Shown here in pieces: positions 11,580-24,183 of a stretch of 64,000 nucleotides of DNA. A model generated the notes under the pieces. It had not been told where the DNA came from, ran no database searches, and was given only the letters and a program-made list of their open reading frames with translations. Source of the DNA: Eledone cirrhosa (lineage: Eukaryota); contig OZ024743.1 in NCBI GenBank assembly GCA_964016885.1, positions 130,820,001 through 130,884,000 on the forward strand, read 5' to 3'. Made by a program: the position numbers and the translations under genes. Position 1 is the first letter of the stretch, and each line of letters begins with the position of its first letter.

Positions 11580-14500
11580 TTGGTGTTTCCTGTTTGGTCT
11601 TTAGTCTTTGGTGCTTGGTGTTTGGTGCTTGGTGCTTGGTGCTTGGTGTTTGGTGCTTGGTGCTTGGTGCTTGTTGTTTGGTGATTGGTGCTTGGTGTTT
11701 GGTGTTTGGTGCTTGGGGCTTGGTGTTTGGTGCTGCGTACTTGGTGCTTGGTGCTTGGTGCTTGGTGCTTGGTGTTTTGTGTTTGGTGTTTGATGCTTGG
11801 TGTTTGGTGTTTGGTGTTTGGTGCTTGGTGTTTGGTGTTTGATGCTTGGTGCTTGATGCTTGGTGCTTGGTGCTTGGTGTTTGGTGCTTGGTGCTTGGTG
11901 TTTGTACTTGGTGCTTGGTGCTTGGTGTTTGGTGCTTGGTGTTTGGTGCTTGGTGTTTGGTGTTTGCTCTTTGCTGTTTGGTGTTTGGTGTTTGCTGTTT
12001 CGTGTTTGGTGTTTGGTGTTTGCTGTTTCGTGTTTGCTGTTTGGTGCTTGGTGCTTGGTGTTTGGTGTTTGGTGTTTGGTGCTTGGTGCTTGGGGCTTGG
12101 TGTTTGGTGCTTGGTGCTTGGTGCTTGGTGTTTGGTGTTTGGTGCTTGGTGTTTGGTGCTTGGTGCTTGGTGCTGGGTGTTTGGTGCTTGGTGCTTGGTG
12201 TTTGGTGCATGGTGCATTGTTTTTGGTGTTTGTCACTTGGTGCTTGGTGCTTGGTGTTTGGTGCTTGGTGTTTGGTGTTTGGTGCTTGGTGCTTGGTGTT
12301 TGGTGTTTGGTGCTTGGTGTTTGGTGTTTGGTGCTTGGTTCTTGGTGTTTGTTGCTCGGTGTTTGGTGTTTGGTGCTTCGTGCTTGGGGCTTGGTGTTTG
12401 GTGCTAGGTGCTTGGTGCTTGGTGCTTGGTGTTTGGTGCTTGGTGTTTGGTGCTTGGTACTTGGGGTTTGGTGCTTGGTGCTTGGTGTTTGGTGTTTGGT
12501 GCTTGGTGCTTGGTGATTAGTGTTTGGTGCTTGGTGCTTGTGGTTTGGTGTTTGGTGCTTGGTGCTTGGTGTTTGGTGCTTGGTGCTTGGTGTTTGGTGC
12601 TTGGTGTTTCGTTTTTGATGTTTGGTGTTTGGTGTTTGGTGTTTGCTGTTTGCTGTTTGCTGTTTGCTGTCTGCTTTTTGGTGGTTGGTGTTTGCTGTAT
12701 GGTGTTTGGTGTTTGGTGTTTGGTGTTTCCTGTTTGGTCTTTAGTCTTTGGTGCTTGGTGTTTGGTGCTTGGTGCTTGGTGCTTGGTGTTTGGTGCTTGG
12801 TGCTTGGTGCTTGTTGTTTGGTGATTGGTGCTTGGTGTTTGGTGTTTGGTGCTTGGGGCTTGGTGTTTGGTGCTGCGTGCTTGGTGCTTGGTGCTTGGTG
12901 CTTGGTGCTTGGTGTTTTGTGTTTGGTGTTTGATGCTTGGTGTCTGGTGTTTGGTGTTTGGTGCTTGGTGTTTGGTGTTTGGTGTTTGGTGTTTGATGCT
13001 TGGAGTTTGATGCTTGGTGCTTGGCGTTTGGTGCTTGGTGCTTGGTGTTTGTACTTGGTGCTTGGTGCTTGGTGTTTGGTGCTTGGTTCTTGGTGTTTGG
13101 TGCTTGGTGTTTGGTGCTTGGTGCTTGGTGTTTGGTGTTTGGTGCTTGGTGTTTGGTGTTTGGTGCTTGGTGACTGGTGCATGGTGTTTGGTGCTTGATG
13201 CTTGGTGTTTGGTGTTTGGTGCTTGGTGTTTGGTGATTGGTGCTTGGTGCTTGGTGCTTGGTGCTTGGTGTTTGGTGTTTGGTGCTTGCTGCTTGCTGCT
13301 TGGTGTTTGGTGCCTGGTGATTGGTGCTTGGTGTTTGGTGCTTGGTGCTTGGTGTTTGGTGTTTGGTGCTAGGTGCTTGGTGCTTGGTGCTTGGTGTTTG
13401 GTGCTTGGTGTTTGGTGCTTGGTACTTGGGGCTTGGTGTTTGGTGCTTGGTGCTTGATGTTTGGTGCTTGTTGTTTGGTGCTTGGTGCTTGGTGTTTGGT
13501 GTTTGGTGCTTGGTGTTTGGTGCTTGGTGCTTGGTGCTGGGTTGTTGGCGTTTGGTGCTTGGTGCTTGGTGTTTGGCGCTTGGTGCTTGGTGCTTGGTGT
13601 TTGGTGCTTGGTGTTTGGTGCTTGGTGGTTGGTGCTTGGTGTTTGGTGCTTGGTGCTTGGTGTTTGGTGTTTGGCGCTTGGTGCTTGGTGTTTGGTGCTT
13701 GATGCTTGGTGTTTGGTGTTTGGTGCTTGGTGTTTGGTGATTGGTGCTTGGTGCCTGGTGCTTGGTGCTTGGTGTTTGGTGTTTGGTGCTTGCTGCTTGC
13801 TGCTTGGTGTTTGGTGCCTGGTGATTGGTGCTTGGTGTTTGGTGCTTGGTGCTTGGTGTTTGTTGTTCGGTGCTAGGTGCTTGGTGCTTGGTGCTTGGTG
13901 TTTGGTGCTTGGTGTTTGGTGCTTGGTACTTGGGGCTTGGTGTTTGGTGCTTGGTGCTTGGTGTTTGGTGCTTGTTGTTTGGTGTTTGATGCTTGGTGTT
14001 TGATGCTTGGTGCTTGGTGCTTGGTGTTTGGTGCTTGGTGCTTGGTGTTTGTACTTGGTGCTTGGTGCTTGGTGTTTGGTGCTTGGTGCTTGGTGTTTGG
14101 TGCTTGGTTCTTGGTGTTTGGTGCTTGGTGCTTGGTGTTTGGTGCTTGGTGCTTGGTGTTTGGTGTTTGGTGCTTGGTGTTTGGTGCTTGGTGCTTGGTG
14201 CTTGGTGGTTGGTGTTAGGTGTTTGGTGCTTGGTGCTTGGTGTTTTGTGCTTCGTGCTTGGTGCTTGGTGTTTGGTGCTTGGTGCTTGGTGTTTGGTGCT
14301 TGGTGTTTGGTGCTTGGTGTTTGGTGTTTGGTGTTTGGTGCTTCGTGCTTGGTGTTTGGTGCTTGGTGCTTGGTGCTTGTTGTTTGGTGATTCGTGCTTG
14401 GTGCTTGGTGTTTGGTGTTTGGTGCTTGGGGCTTGGTGTTTGGTGCTGCATGCTTGGTGCTTGGTGCTTGGTGCTTGGTGTTTTGTGTTTGGTGTTTGAT

Positions 14501-17500
14501 GCTTGGTGTTTGGTGTTTGGTGCTTGGTGCTTGGTGTTTGGTGTTTGATGCTTGGTGTTTGGTGTTTGGTGCTTGGTGCTTGGTGTTTGGTGCTTGGTGC
14601 TTGGTGTTTGTACTTGGTGCTTGGTGCTTCGTGTTTGGTGCTTGGTGTTTGTTGCTTGGTGCTTGGTGTTTGGTGCTTGGTGCTTGGTGTTTGGTGCTTG
14701 GTGCTTGGTGTTTGGTGCTTGGTGTTTGGTGCTTGGTGCTTGGTGTTTGTTGTTAGGTGTTTGGTGCTTCATGCTTGGTGCCTGGTGCATGGTGTTTGTT
14801 GCTTGGTGCTTGGTGTTTGGTGTTTGGTGCTTGGTGTTTGGTGCTTGGTGCTTGGTGCTTGGTGTTTGGTGCTTGCTGCTTGCTTCTTGCTGCTTGGTGT
14901 TTGGTGCTTGGTGATTGATGCTTGGTGTTTGGTGCTTGGTGTTTGGTGCTTGGTGCTTGGTGTTTGTTGTTAGGTGTTTGGTGCTTCATGCTTGGTGCCT
15001 GGTGCATGGTGTTTGTTGCTTGGTGCTTGGTGTTTGGTGCTTGGTGCTTGGTGCTTGGTGTTTGGTGCTTGCTGCTTGCTTCTTGCTGCTTGGTGTTTGG
15101 TGCTTGGTGATTGATGCTTGGTGTTTGGTGCTTGGTGTTTGGTGCTTGGTGCTTGGTGTTTGTTGTTAGGTGTTTGGTGCTTCATGCTTGGTGCCTGGTG
15201 CATGGTGTTTGTTGCTTGGTGCTTGGTATTTGGTGTTTGGTGCTTGGTGTTTGGTGTTTGGTGCTTGGTGCTTGGTGCTTGTTGTTTGGTGTTTGGTGTT
15301 TGTTGTTTGGTGATTCGTGCTTGGTGCTTGGTGTTTGGTGTTTGGTGCTTGGGGCTTGGTGTTTGGTGCTGCATGCTTGGTGCTTGGTGCTTGGTGCTTG
15401 GTGTTTTGTGTTTGGTGTTTGATGCTTGGTGTTTGGTGTTTGGTGCTTGGTGCTTGGTGTTTGGTGTTTGATGCTTGGTGTTTGGTGTTTGGTGCTTGGT
15501 GCTTGGTGTTTGGTGCTTGGTGCTTGGTGTTTGTACTTGGTGCTTGGTGCTTGGTGTTTGGTGCTTGGTGTTTGTTGCTTGGTGCTTGGTGTTTGGTGCT
15601 TGGTGCTTGGTGTTTGGTGCTTGGTGCTTGGTGTTTGGTGCTTGGTGTTTGGTGCTTGGTGCTTGGTGTTTGTTGTTAGGTGTTTGGTGCTTCATGCTTG
15701 GTGCCTGGTGCATGGTGCTTGATGCTTGATGTTAGGTGTTAGGTGTTTGGTGCTTGGTGCTTGGTGCTTGGTGCTTGGTGCTTGGTGTTTGGTGCTTGCT
15801 GCTTGCTTCTTGCTGCTTGGTGTTTGGTGCTTGGTGATTGATGCTTGGTGTTTGGTGCTTGGTGCTTGGTGCTTGGTGTTTGGTGGTTGGTGCTTGGTGC
15901 TTGGTGTTTGGTGCTAGGTGCTTGGTGCTTGGTGTTTAGGGCTTGGTGTTTGGTGCTTGGTGCTTCGTGCTTGGTGTTTGGTGCTTGGTGCTTGGTGTTT
16001 GGTGTTTGGTGCTTGGTGTTTGGTGCTTGGTGCTTGGTGCTGGGTGGTTGGCGTTCGGTGCTTGGTGCTTGGTGTTTGGTGCTTGGTGCTTGGTGCTTGG
16101 TGTTTGGTGCTTGGTGCTTGGTGCTTGGTCTTTGGTGCTTGGTGTTTGGTGTTTGGTGCTTGTTGCTTGGTGTTTGGTGCTTGGTGCTTGGTGATTAGTG
16201 TTTGGTGCTTGGTGCTTGGGGTTTGGTGTTTGGTTCTTGGTGCTTGGTGTTTGGTGCTTGGTGCTTGGTGTTTGGTGCTTGGTGTTTGGTGTTTGCTGTT
16301 TGCTGTTTGGTGTTTGGTATTTGGTGTTTGCTGTTTGCTGTTTGGTGTCTGCTTTTTGGTGTTTGGTGTTTGCTCTATGGTGTTTGCTGTTTGGTCTTTG
16401 GTGTTTGGTGTTTGGTGTTTCCTATTTGGTCTTTAGTCTTTCGTGCTTGGTGTTTGGTGCTTGGTGCTTGGTATTTGGTGTTTGGTGCTTGGTGTTTGGT
16501 GTTTGGTGCTTGGTGCTTGGTGCTTGTTGTTTGGTGTTTTGTGTTTGGTGTTTGGTGATTGGTGCTTGGTGTTTGGTGCTTGGTGCTTGGTGTTTCGTGC
16601 TGCGTGCTTGGTGTTTGGTGCTTGGTGCTTGGTGCTTAGTGTTTGGTGTTTGGTGTTTGATGTTTGGTGCTTGGTGCTTGGTGTTTGGTGCTTGGTCATT
16701 GATGCTTGGTGTTTGGTGCTTGGTGCTAGGTGTTTGGTTTTTGGTGCTAGGTGCTTGGTGCTTGGTGTTTGGTGCTTGGTGTTTGGTGTTTGGTGCTTGG
16801 TGCTTGGTGCTTGGTGTTTGGTGCTTGGTTCTTGGTGCTTGGTGTTTGGTGTTTGGTGTTTGGTGCTTGGTGTTTGGTGCTTGGTGCTTGGTGCGGGGAA
16901 TTTGGTGCTTGGTGCTTGATGTTTGCTGCATGGTGCTTGGTGCTTGGTGTTTGTCGCTTGGTGCTTGGTGCTTGGTGTTTGGTGCTTGGTGTTTGGTGTT
17001 TGGTGCTTGGTGCTTGGTGTGTGGTGTTTGCTGTTTGCTGTTTGGTGTTTCCTCTTTGCTGTTTGGTGTTTGGTGCTTGGTGCTTGGTGCTTGGTGTTTG
17101 GTGTTTGGTGCTTGGTGTTTGGTGCTTAGTGCTTGGTGTTTGGTGTTTGGTGCTTGGTGCCTGGTGCTTGTTGTTTGGTGTTTGGTGCTTGGTGCTTGAT
17201 GTTTGGTGTTTGGTGCTTGGTGTCTGGTGTTTGGTGCTTGGTGTTTGGTGCTTGGTGCTTGGTGTTTGGTGCTTGGTGTTTGGTGCTTGGTGTTTGGTGT
17301 TTGGTGCTCGGTGCCTGGTGCTTGTTGTTTGGTGTTTGGTGCTTGGTGCTTGATGTTTGGTGTTTGGTGCTTGGTGTCTGGTGTTTGGTGCTTGGTGTTT
17401 GGTGTTTGGTGCTTGGTGCTTGGTGTTTGGTGTTTGGTGCTTGGTGCTTGGTGTTTGGTGTTTTGTGCTTGGTGTTTGGTGCTTGGTGCTTGGTGTTTGG

Positions 17501-18741
17501 TGTTTGGTGCTTGGTGCTTGGTGTTTGGTGTTTGATGCTTGGTGTTTGATGCTTGGTGCTTGGTGCTTGGTGTTTGGTGCTTGGTGCTTGGTGTTTGTAC
17601 TTGGTGCTTGGTGCTTGGTGTTTGGTGCTTGGTGCTTGGTGTTTGGTGCTTGGTTCTTGGTGTTTGGTGCTTGGTGCTTGGTGTTTGGTGCTTGGTGCTT
17701 GGTGTTTGGTGTTTGGTGCTTGGTGTTTGGTGCTTGGTGCTTGGTGCTTGGTGGTTGGTGTTAGGTGTTTGGTGCTTGGTGCTTGGTGCTTGGTGTTTTG
17801 TGCTTCGTGCTTGGTGCTTGGTGTTTGGTGCTTGGTGCTTGGTGTTTGGTGCTTGGTGTTTGGTGTTTGGTGTTTGGTGCTTGGTGCTTGGTGTTTGGTG
17901 CTTGGTGCTTGGTGCTTGGTGCTTGGTGTTTGGTGTTTGGTGCTTGGGGCTTGGTGTTTGGTACTGCATGCTTGGTGCTTGGTGTTTGGTGTTTGGTGCT
18001 TGGTGTTTGGTGCTTGGTGCTTGGTGGTTGGTGTTTGGTGCTTGGTGCCTGGTGCATGGTGTTTGGTGCTTGATGCTTGGTGTTTGGTGTTTGGTGCTTG
18101 GTGTTTGGTGATTGGTGCTTGGTGCTTGGTGCTTGGTGCTTGGTGTTTGGTGTTTGGTGCTTGCTGCTTGCTGCTTGGTGTTTGGTGCCTGGTGATTGGT
18201 GCTTGGTGTTTGGTGCTTGTTGCTTGGTGTTTGGTGTTTGGTGCTAGGTGCTTGGTGCTTGGTGCTTGGTGTTTGGTGCTTGGTGTTTGGTGCTTGGTAC
18301 TCGGGGCTTGGTGTTTGGTGCTTGGTGCTTGGTGTTTGGTGCTTGTTGTTTGGTGCTTGGTGCTTGGTGTTTGGTGTTTGGTGCTTGGTGTTTGGTGCTT
18401 GGTGCTTGGTGCTGGGTTGTTGGCGTTTGGTGCTTGGTGCTTGGTGTTTGGTGCTTGGTGCTTGGTGCTTGGTGCTTGGTGTTTGGTGCTTGGTCTTTGG
18501 TGCTTGGTGTTTGGTGTTTGGTGCTTGGTGCTTGGTGTTTGGTGCTTGGTGCTTGGTGATTAGTGTTTGGTGCTTGGTGCTTGTGGTTTGGTGTTTGGTG
18601 CTTGGTGTTTGGTGCTTGGTGCTTGGTGTTTGGTGCTTGGTGTTTGGTTTTTGCTGTTTGGTGTTTGGTGTCTGCTTTTTGGTGTTTGGTGTTTGCTGTA
18701 TGGTGTTTGCTGTTTCGTGTTTATTGTTTGCTGTTTGGTGT
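11580..18741 (+). repeat. ~7.2-kb higher-order block, copy 1 (7,162 bp)
   Basis: Variant patterns and near-identical ORF translations recur at offsets 7,162/7,176 (11608->18770, 12517->19693, 13877->21053) and 12,618 (14215->26833, 16198->28816). Confidence 0.9.
14380..15720 (+). repeat. Repeat at 923-bp offset enclosing nested ~200-bp tandem repeats (also present in copy 3 at +12,618)
   Basis: 14394->15317 and 14552->15475 are offset by 923. The marker TGTTAGGTGTTTGGTGCTTCATGC occurs at 14751, 14968 and 15164 (spacings 217 and 196 = 31 and 28 units) and again at ~15,674. Confidence 0.8.
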
Positions 18742-21700
18742 TTGGTGTTTCCTGTTTGGTCTTTAGTCTTTGGTGCTTGGTGTTTGGTGCTTGGTGCTTG
18801 GTGCTTGGTGTTTGGTGCTTGGTGCTTGGTGCTTTTTGTTTGGTGATTGGTGCTTGGTGTTTGGTGTTTGGTGCTTGGGGCTTGGTGTTTGGTGCTGCGT
18901 ACTTGGTGCTTGGTGCTTGGTGCTTGGTGCTTGGTGTTTTGTGTTTGGTGTTTGATGCTTGGTGTTTGGTGTTTGGTGTTTGGTGCTTGGTGTTTGGTGT
19001 TTGATGCTTGGTGCTTGATGCTTGGTGCTTGGTGCTTGGTGTTTGGTGCTTGGTGCTTGGTGTTTGTACTTGGTGCTTGGTGCTTGGTGTTTGGTGCTTG
19101 GTGTTTGGTGCTTGGTGTTTGGTGTTTGCTCTTTGCTGTTTGGTGTTTGGTGTTTGCTGTTTCGTGTTTGGTGTTTGGTGTTTGCTGTTTGGTGTTTGCT
19201 GTTTGGTGCTTGGTGTTTGGTGCTTGGTGCTTGGTGTTTGGTGTTTGGTGTTTGGTGCTTGGTGCTTGGGGCTTGGTGTTTGGTGCTTGGTGCTTGGTGC
19301 TTGGTGTTTGGTGTTTGGTGCTTGGTGTTTGGTGCTTGGTGCTTGGTGCTGGGTGTTTGGTGCTTGGTGCTTGGTGTTTGGTGCATGGTGCATTGTTTTT
19401 GGTGTTTGTCACTTGGTGCTTGGTGCTTGGTGTTTGGTGCTTGGTGTTTGGTGTTTGGTGCTTGGTGCTTGGTGTTTGGTGTTTGGTGCTTGGTGTTTGG
19501 TGTTTGGTGCTTGGTGCTTGGTGTTTGTTGCTCGGTGTTTGGTGTTTGGTGCTTCGTGCTTGGGGCTTGGTGTTTGGTGCTAGGTGCTTGGTGCTTGGTG
19601 CTTGGTGTTTGGTGCTTGGTGTTTGGTGCTTGGTACTTGGGGTTTGGTGCTTGGTGCTTGGTGTTTGGTGTTTGGTGCTTGGTGCTTGGTGATTAGTGTT
19701 TGGTGCTTGGTGCTTGTGGTTTGGTGTTTGGTGCTTGGTGCTTGGTGTTTGGTGCTTGGTGCTTGGTGTTTGGTGCTTGGTGTTTCGTTTTTGATGTTTG
19801 GTGTTTGGTGTTTGGTGTTTGCTGTTTGCTGTTTGCTGTTTGGTGTCTGCTTTTTGGTGTTTGGTGTTTGCTGTATGGTGTTTGGTGTTTGGTGTTTGGT
19901 GTTTCCTGTTTGGTCTTTAGTCTTTGGTGCTTGGTGTTTGGTGCTTGGTGCTTGGTGCTTGGTGTTTGGTGCTTGGTGCTTGGTGCTTGTTGTTTGGTGA
20001 TTGGTGCTTGGTGTTTGGTGTTTGGTGCTTGGGGCTTGGTGTTTGGTGCTGCGTGCTTGGTGCTTGGTGCTTGGTGCTTGGTGCTTGGTGTTTTGTGTTT
20101 GGTGTTTGATGCTTGGTGTTTGGTGTTTGGTGTTTGGTGCTTGGTGTTTGGTGTTTGGTGTTTGGTGTTTGATGCTTGGAGTTTGATGCTTGGTGCTTGG
20201 CGTTTGGTGCTTGGTGCTTGGTGTTTGTACTTGGTGCTTGGTGCTTGGTGTTTGGTGCTTGGTTCTTGGTGTTTGGTGCTTGGTGTTTGGTGCTTGGTGC
20301 TTGGTGTTTGGTGTTTGGTGCTTGGTGTTTGGTGTTTGGTGCTTGGTGACTGGTGCATGGTGTTTGGTGCTTGATGCTTGGTGTTTGGTGTTTGGTGCTT
20401 GGTGTTTGGTGATTGGTGCTTGGTGCTTGGTGCTTGGTGCTTGGTGTTTGGTGTTTGGTGCTTGCTGCTTGCTGCTTGGTGTTTGGTGCCTGGTGATTGG
20501 TGCTTGGTGTTTGGTGCTTGGTGCTTGGTGTTTGGTGTTTGGTGCTAGGTGCTTGGTGCTTGGTGCTTGGTGTTTGGTGCTTGGTGTTTGGTGCTTGGTA
20601 CTTGGGGCTTGGTGTTTGGTGCTTGGTGCTTGATGTTTGGTGCTTGTTGTTTGGTGCTTGGTGCTTGGTGTTTGGTGTTTGGTGCTTGGTGTTTGGTGCT
20701 TGGTGCTTGGTGCTGGGTTGTTGGCGTTTGGTGCTTGGTGCTTGGTGTTTGGCGCTTGGTGCTTGGTGCTTGGTGTTTGGTGCTTGGTGTTTGGTGCTTG
20801 GTGGTTGGTGCTTGGTGTTTGGTGCTTGGTGCTTGGTGTTTGGTGTTTGGCGCTTGGTGCTTGGTGTTTGGTGCTTGATGCTTGGTGTTTGGTGTTTGGT
20901 GCTTGGTGTTTGGTGATTGGTGCTTGGTGCCTGGTGCTTGGTGCTTGGTGTTTGGTGTTTGGTGCTTGCTGCTTGCTGCTTGGTGTTTGGTGCCTGGTGA
21001 TTGGTGCTTGGTGTTTGGTGCTTGGTGCTTGGTGTTTGGTGTTTGGTGCTAGGTGCTTGGTGCTTGGTGCTTGGTGTTTGGTGCTTGGTGTTTGGTGCTT
21101 GGTACTTGGGGCTTGGTGTTTGGTGCTTGGTGCTTGGTGTTTGGTGCTTGTTGTTTGGTGTTTGATGCTTGGTGTTTGATGCTTGGTGCTTGGTGCTTGG
21201 TGTTTGGTGCTTGGTGCTTGGTGTTTGTACTTGGTGCTTGGTGCTTGGTGTTTGGTGCTTGGTGCTTGGTGTTTGGTGCTTGGTTCTTGGTGTTTGGTGC
21301 TTGGTGCTTGGTGTTTGGTGCTTGGTGCTTGGTGTTTGGTGTTTGGTGCTTGGTGTTTGGTGCTTGGTGCTTGGTGCTTGGTGGTTGGTGTTAGGTGTTT
21401 GGTGCTTGGTGCTTGGTGTTTTGTGCTTCGTGCTTGGTGCTTGGTGTTTGGTGCTTGGTGCTTGGTGTTTGGTGCTTGGTGTTTGGTGCTTGGTGTTTGG
21501 TGTTTGGTGTTTGGTGCTTCGTGCTTGGTGTTTGGTGCTTGGTGCTTGGTGCTTGTTGTTTGGTGATTCGTGCTTGGTGCTTGGTGTTTGGTGTTTGGTG
21601 CTTGGGGCTTGGTGTTTGGTGCTTGGTGCTTGGTGATTAGTGTTTGGTGCTTGGTGCTTGGGGTTTGGTGTTTGGTTCTTGGTGCTTGGTGTTTGGTGCT

Positions 21701-24183
21701 TGGTGCTTGGTGTTTGGTGCTTGGTGTTTGGTGTTTGCTGTTTGCTGTTTGGTGTTTGGTATTTGGTGTTTGCTGTTTGCTGTTTGGTGTCTGCTTTTTG
21801 GTGTTTGGTGTTTGCTCTATGGTGTTTGCTGTTTGGTCTTTGGTGTTTGGTGTTTGGTGTTTCCTATTTGGTCTTTAGTCTTTCGTGCTTGGTGTTTGGT
21901 GCTTGGTGCTTGGTATTTGGTGTTTGGTGCTTGGTGTTTGGTGTTTGGTGCTTGGTGCTTGGTGCTTGTTGTTTGGTGTTTTGTGTTTGGTGTTTGGTGA
22001 TTGGTGCTTGGTGTTTGGTGCTTGGTGCTTGGTGTTTCGTGCTGCGTGCTTGGTGTTTGGTGCTTGGTGCTTGGTGCTTAGTGTTTGGTGTTTGGTGTTT
22101 GATGTTTGGTGCTTGGTGCTTGGTGTTTGGTGCTTGGTCATTGATGCTTGGTGTTTGGTGCTTGGTGCTAGGTGTTTGGTTTTTGGTGCTAGGTGCTTGG
22201 TGCTTGGTGTTTGGTGCTTGGTGTTTGGTGTTTGGTGCTTGGTGCTTGGTGCTTGGTGTTTGGTGCTTGGTTCTTGGTGCTTGGTGTTTGGTGTTTGGTG
22301 TTTGGTGCTTGGTGTTTGGTGCTTGGTGCTTGGTGCGGGGAATTTGGTGCTTGGTGCTTGATGTTTGCTGCATGGTGCTTGGTGCTTGGTGTTTGTCGCT
22401 TGGTGCTTGGTGCTTGGTGTTTGGTGCTTGGTGTTTGGTGTTTGGTGCTTGGTGCTTGGTGTGTGGTGTTTGCTGTTTGCTGTTTGGTGTTTCCTCTTTG
22501 CTGTTTGGTGTTTGGTGCTTGGTGCTTGGTGCTTGGTGTTTGGTGTTTGGTGCTTGGTGTTTGGTGCTTAGTGCTTGGTGTTTGGTGTTTGGTGCTTGGT
22601 GCCTGGTGCTTGTTGTTTGGTGTTTGGTGCTTGGTGCTTGATGTTTGGTGTTTGGTGCTTGGTGTCTGGTGTTTGGTGCTTGGTGTTTGGTGCTTGGTGC
22701 TTGGTGTTTGGTGCTTGGTGTTTGGTGCTTGGTGTTTGGTGTTTGGTGCTCGGTGCCTGGTGCTTGTTGTTTGGTGTTTGGTGCTTGGTGCTTGATGTTT
22801 GGTGTTTGGTGCTTGGTGTCTGGTGTTTGGTGCTTGGTGTTTGGTGTTTGGTGCTTGGTGCTTGGTGTTTGGTGTTTGGTGCTTGGTGCTTGGTGTTTGG
22901 TGTTTTGTGCTTGGTGTTTGGTGCTTGGTGCTTGGTGTTTGGTGTTTGGTGCTTGGTGCTTGGTGTTTGGTGTTTGATGCTTGGTGTTTGATGCTTGGTG
23001 CTTGGTGCTTGGTGTTTGGTGCTTGGTGCTTGGTGTTTGTACTTGGTGCTTGGTGCTTGGTGTTTGGTGCTTGGTGCTTGGTGTTTGGTGCTTGGTTCTT
23101 GGTGTTTGGTGCTTGGTGCTTGGTGTTTGGTGCTTGGTGCTTGGTGTTTGGTGTTTGGTGCTTGGTGTTTGGTGCTTGGTGCTTGGTGCTTGGTGGTTGG
23201 TGTTAGGTGTTTGGTGCTTGGTGCTTGGTGCTTGGTGTTTTGTGCTTCGTGCTTGGTGCTTGGTGTTTGGTGCTTGGTGCTTGGTGTTTGGTGCTTGGTG
23301 TTTGGTGTTTGGTGTTTGGTGCTTGGTGCTTGGTGTTTGGTGCTTGGTGCTTGGTGCTTGGTGCTTGGTGTTTGGTGTTTGGTGCTTGGGGCTTGGTGTT
23401 TGGTACTGCATGCTTGGTGCTTGGTGTTTGGTGTTTGGTGCTTGGTGTTTGGTGCTTGGTGCTTGGTGGTTGGTGTTTGGTGCTTGGTGCCTGGTGCATG
23501 GTGTTTGGTGCTTGATGCTTGGTGTTTGGTGTTTGGTGCTTGGTGTTTGGTGATTGGTGCTTGGTGCTTGGTGCTTGGTGCTTGGTGTTTGGTGTTTGGT
23601 GCTTGCTGCTTGCTGCTTGGTGTTTGGTGCCTGGTGATTGGTGCTTGGTGTTTGGTGCTTGTTGCTTGGTGTTTGGTGTTTGGTGCTAGGTGCTTGGTGC
23701 TTGGTGCTTGGTGTTTGGTGCTTGGTGTTTGGTGCTTGGTACTCGGGGCTTGGTGTTTGGTGCTTGGTGCTTGGTGTTTGGTGCTTGTTGTTTGGTGCTT
23801 GGTGCTTGGTGTTTGGTGTTTGGTGCTTGGTGTTTGGTGCTTGGTGCTTGGTGCTGGGTTGTTGGCGTTTGGTGCTTGGTGCTTGGTGTTTGGTGCTTGG
23901 TGCTTGGTGCTTGGTGCTTGGTGTTTGGTGCTTGGTCTTTGGTGCTTGGTGTTTGGTGTTTGGTGCTTGGTGCTTGGTGTTTGGTGCTTGGTGCTTGGTG
24001 ATTAGTGTTTGGTGCTTGGTGCTTGTGGTTTGGTGTTTGGTGCTTGGTGTTTGGTGCTTGGTGCTTGGTGTTTGGTGCTTGGTGTTTGGTTTTTGCTGTT
24101 TGGTGTTTGGTGTCTGCTTTTTGGTGTTTGGTGTTTGCTGTATGGTGTTTGCTGTTTCGTGTTTATTGTTTGCTGTTTGGTGT
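18742..24183 (+). repeat. ~7.2-kb higher-order block, copy 2 (5,442 bp; 1,734-bp internal deletion near 21,615)
   Basis: Offset 5,442 (16422->21864 identical 996-aa translation, 19693->25135, 21053->26495). 7,176-5,442=1,734. The junction joins sequence equivalent to ~14,447 with sequence equivalent to ~16,182. Confidence 0.9.

Noticed and set aside
16422-19412. 996-aa mucin-like or RNAPII-CTD-like heptad protein on the - strand (and similar ORFs)
   Set aside because: The nucleotide period is 7, not 21, the same peptide arises in all frames, there are no flanking non-repeat domains, and the ORF ends are set by chance variants.
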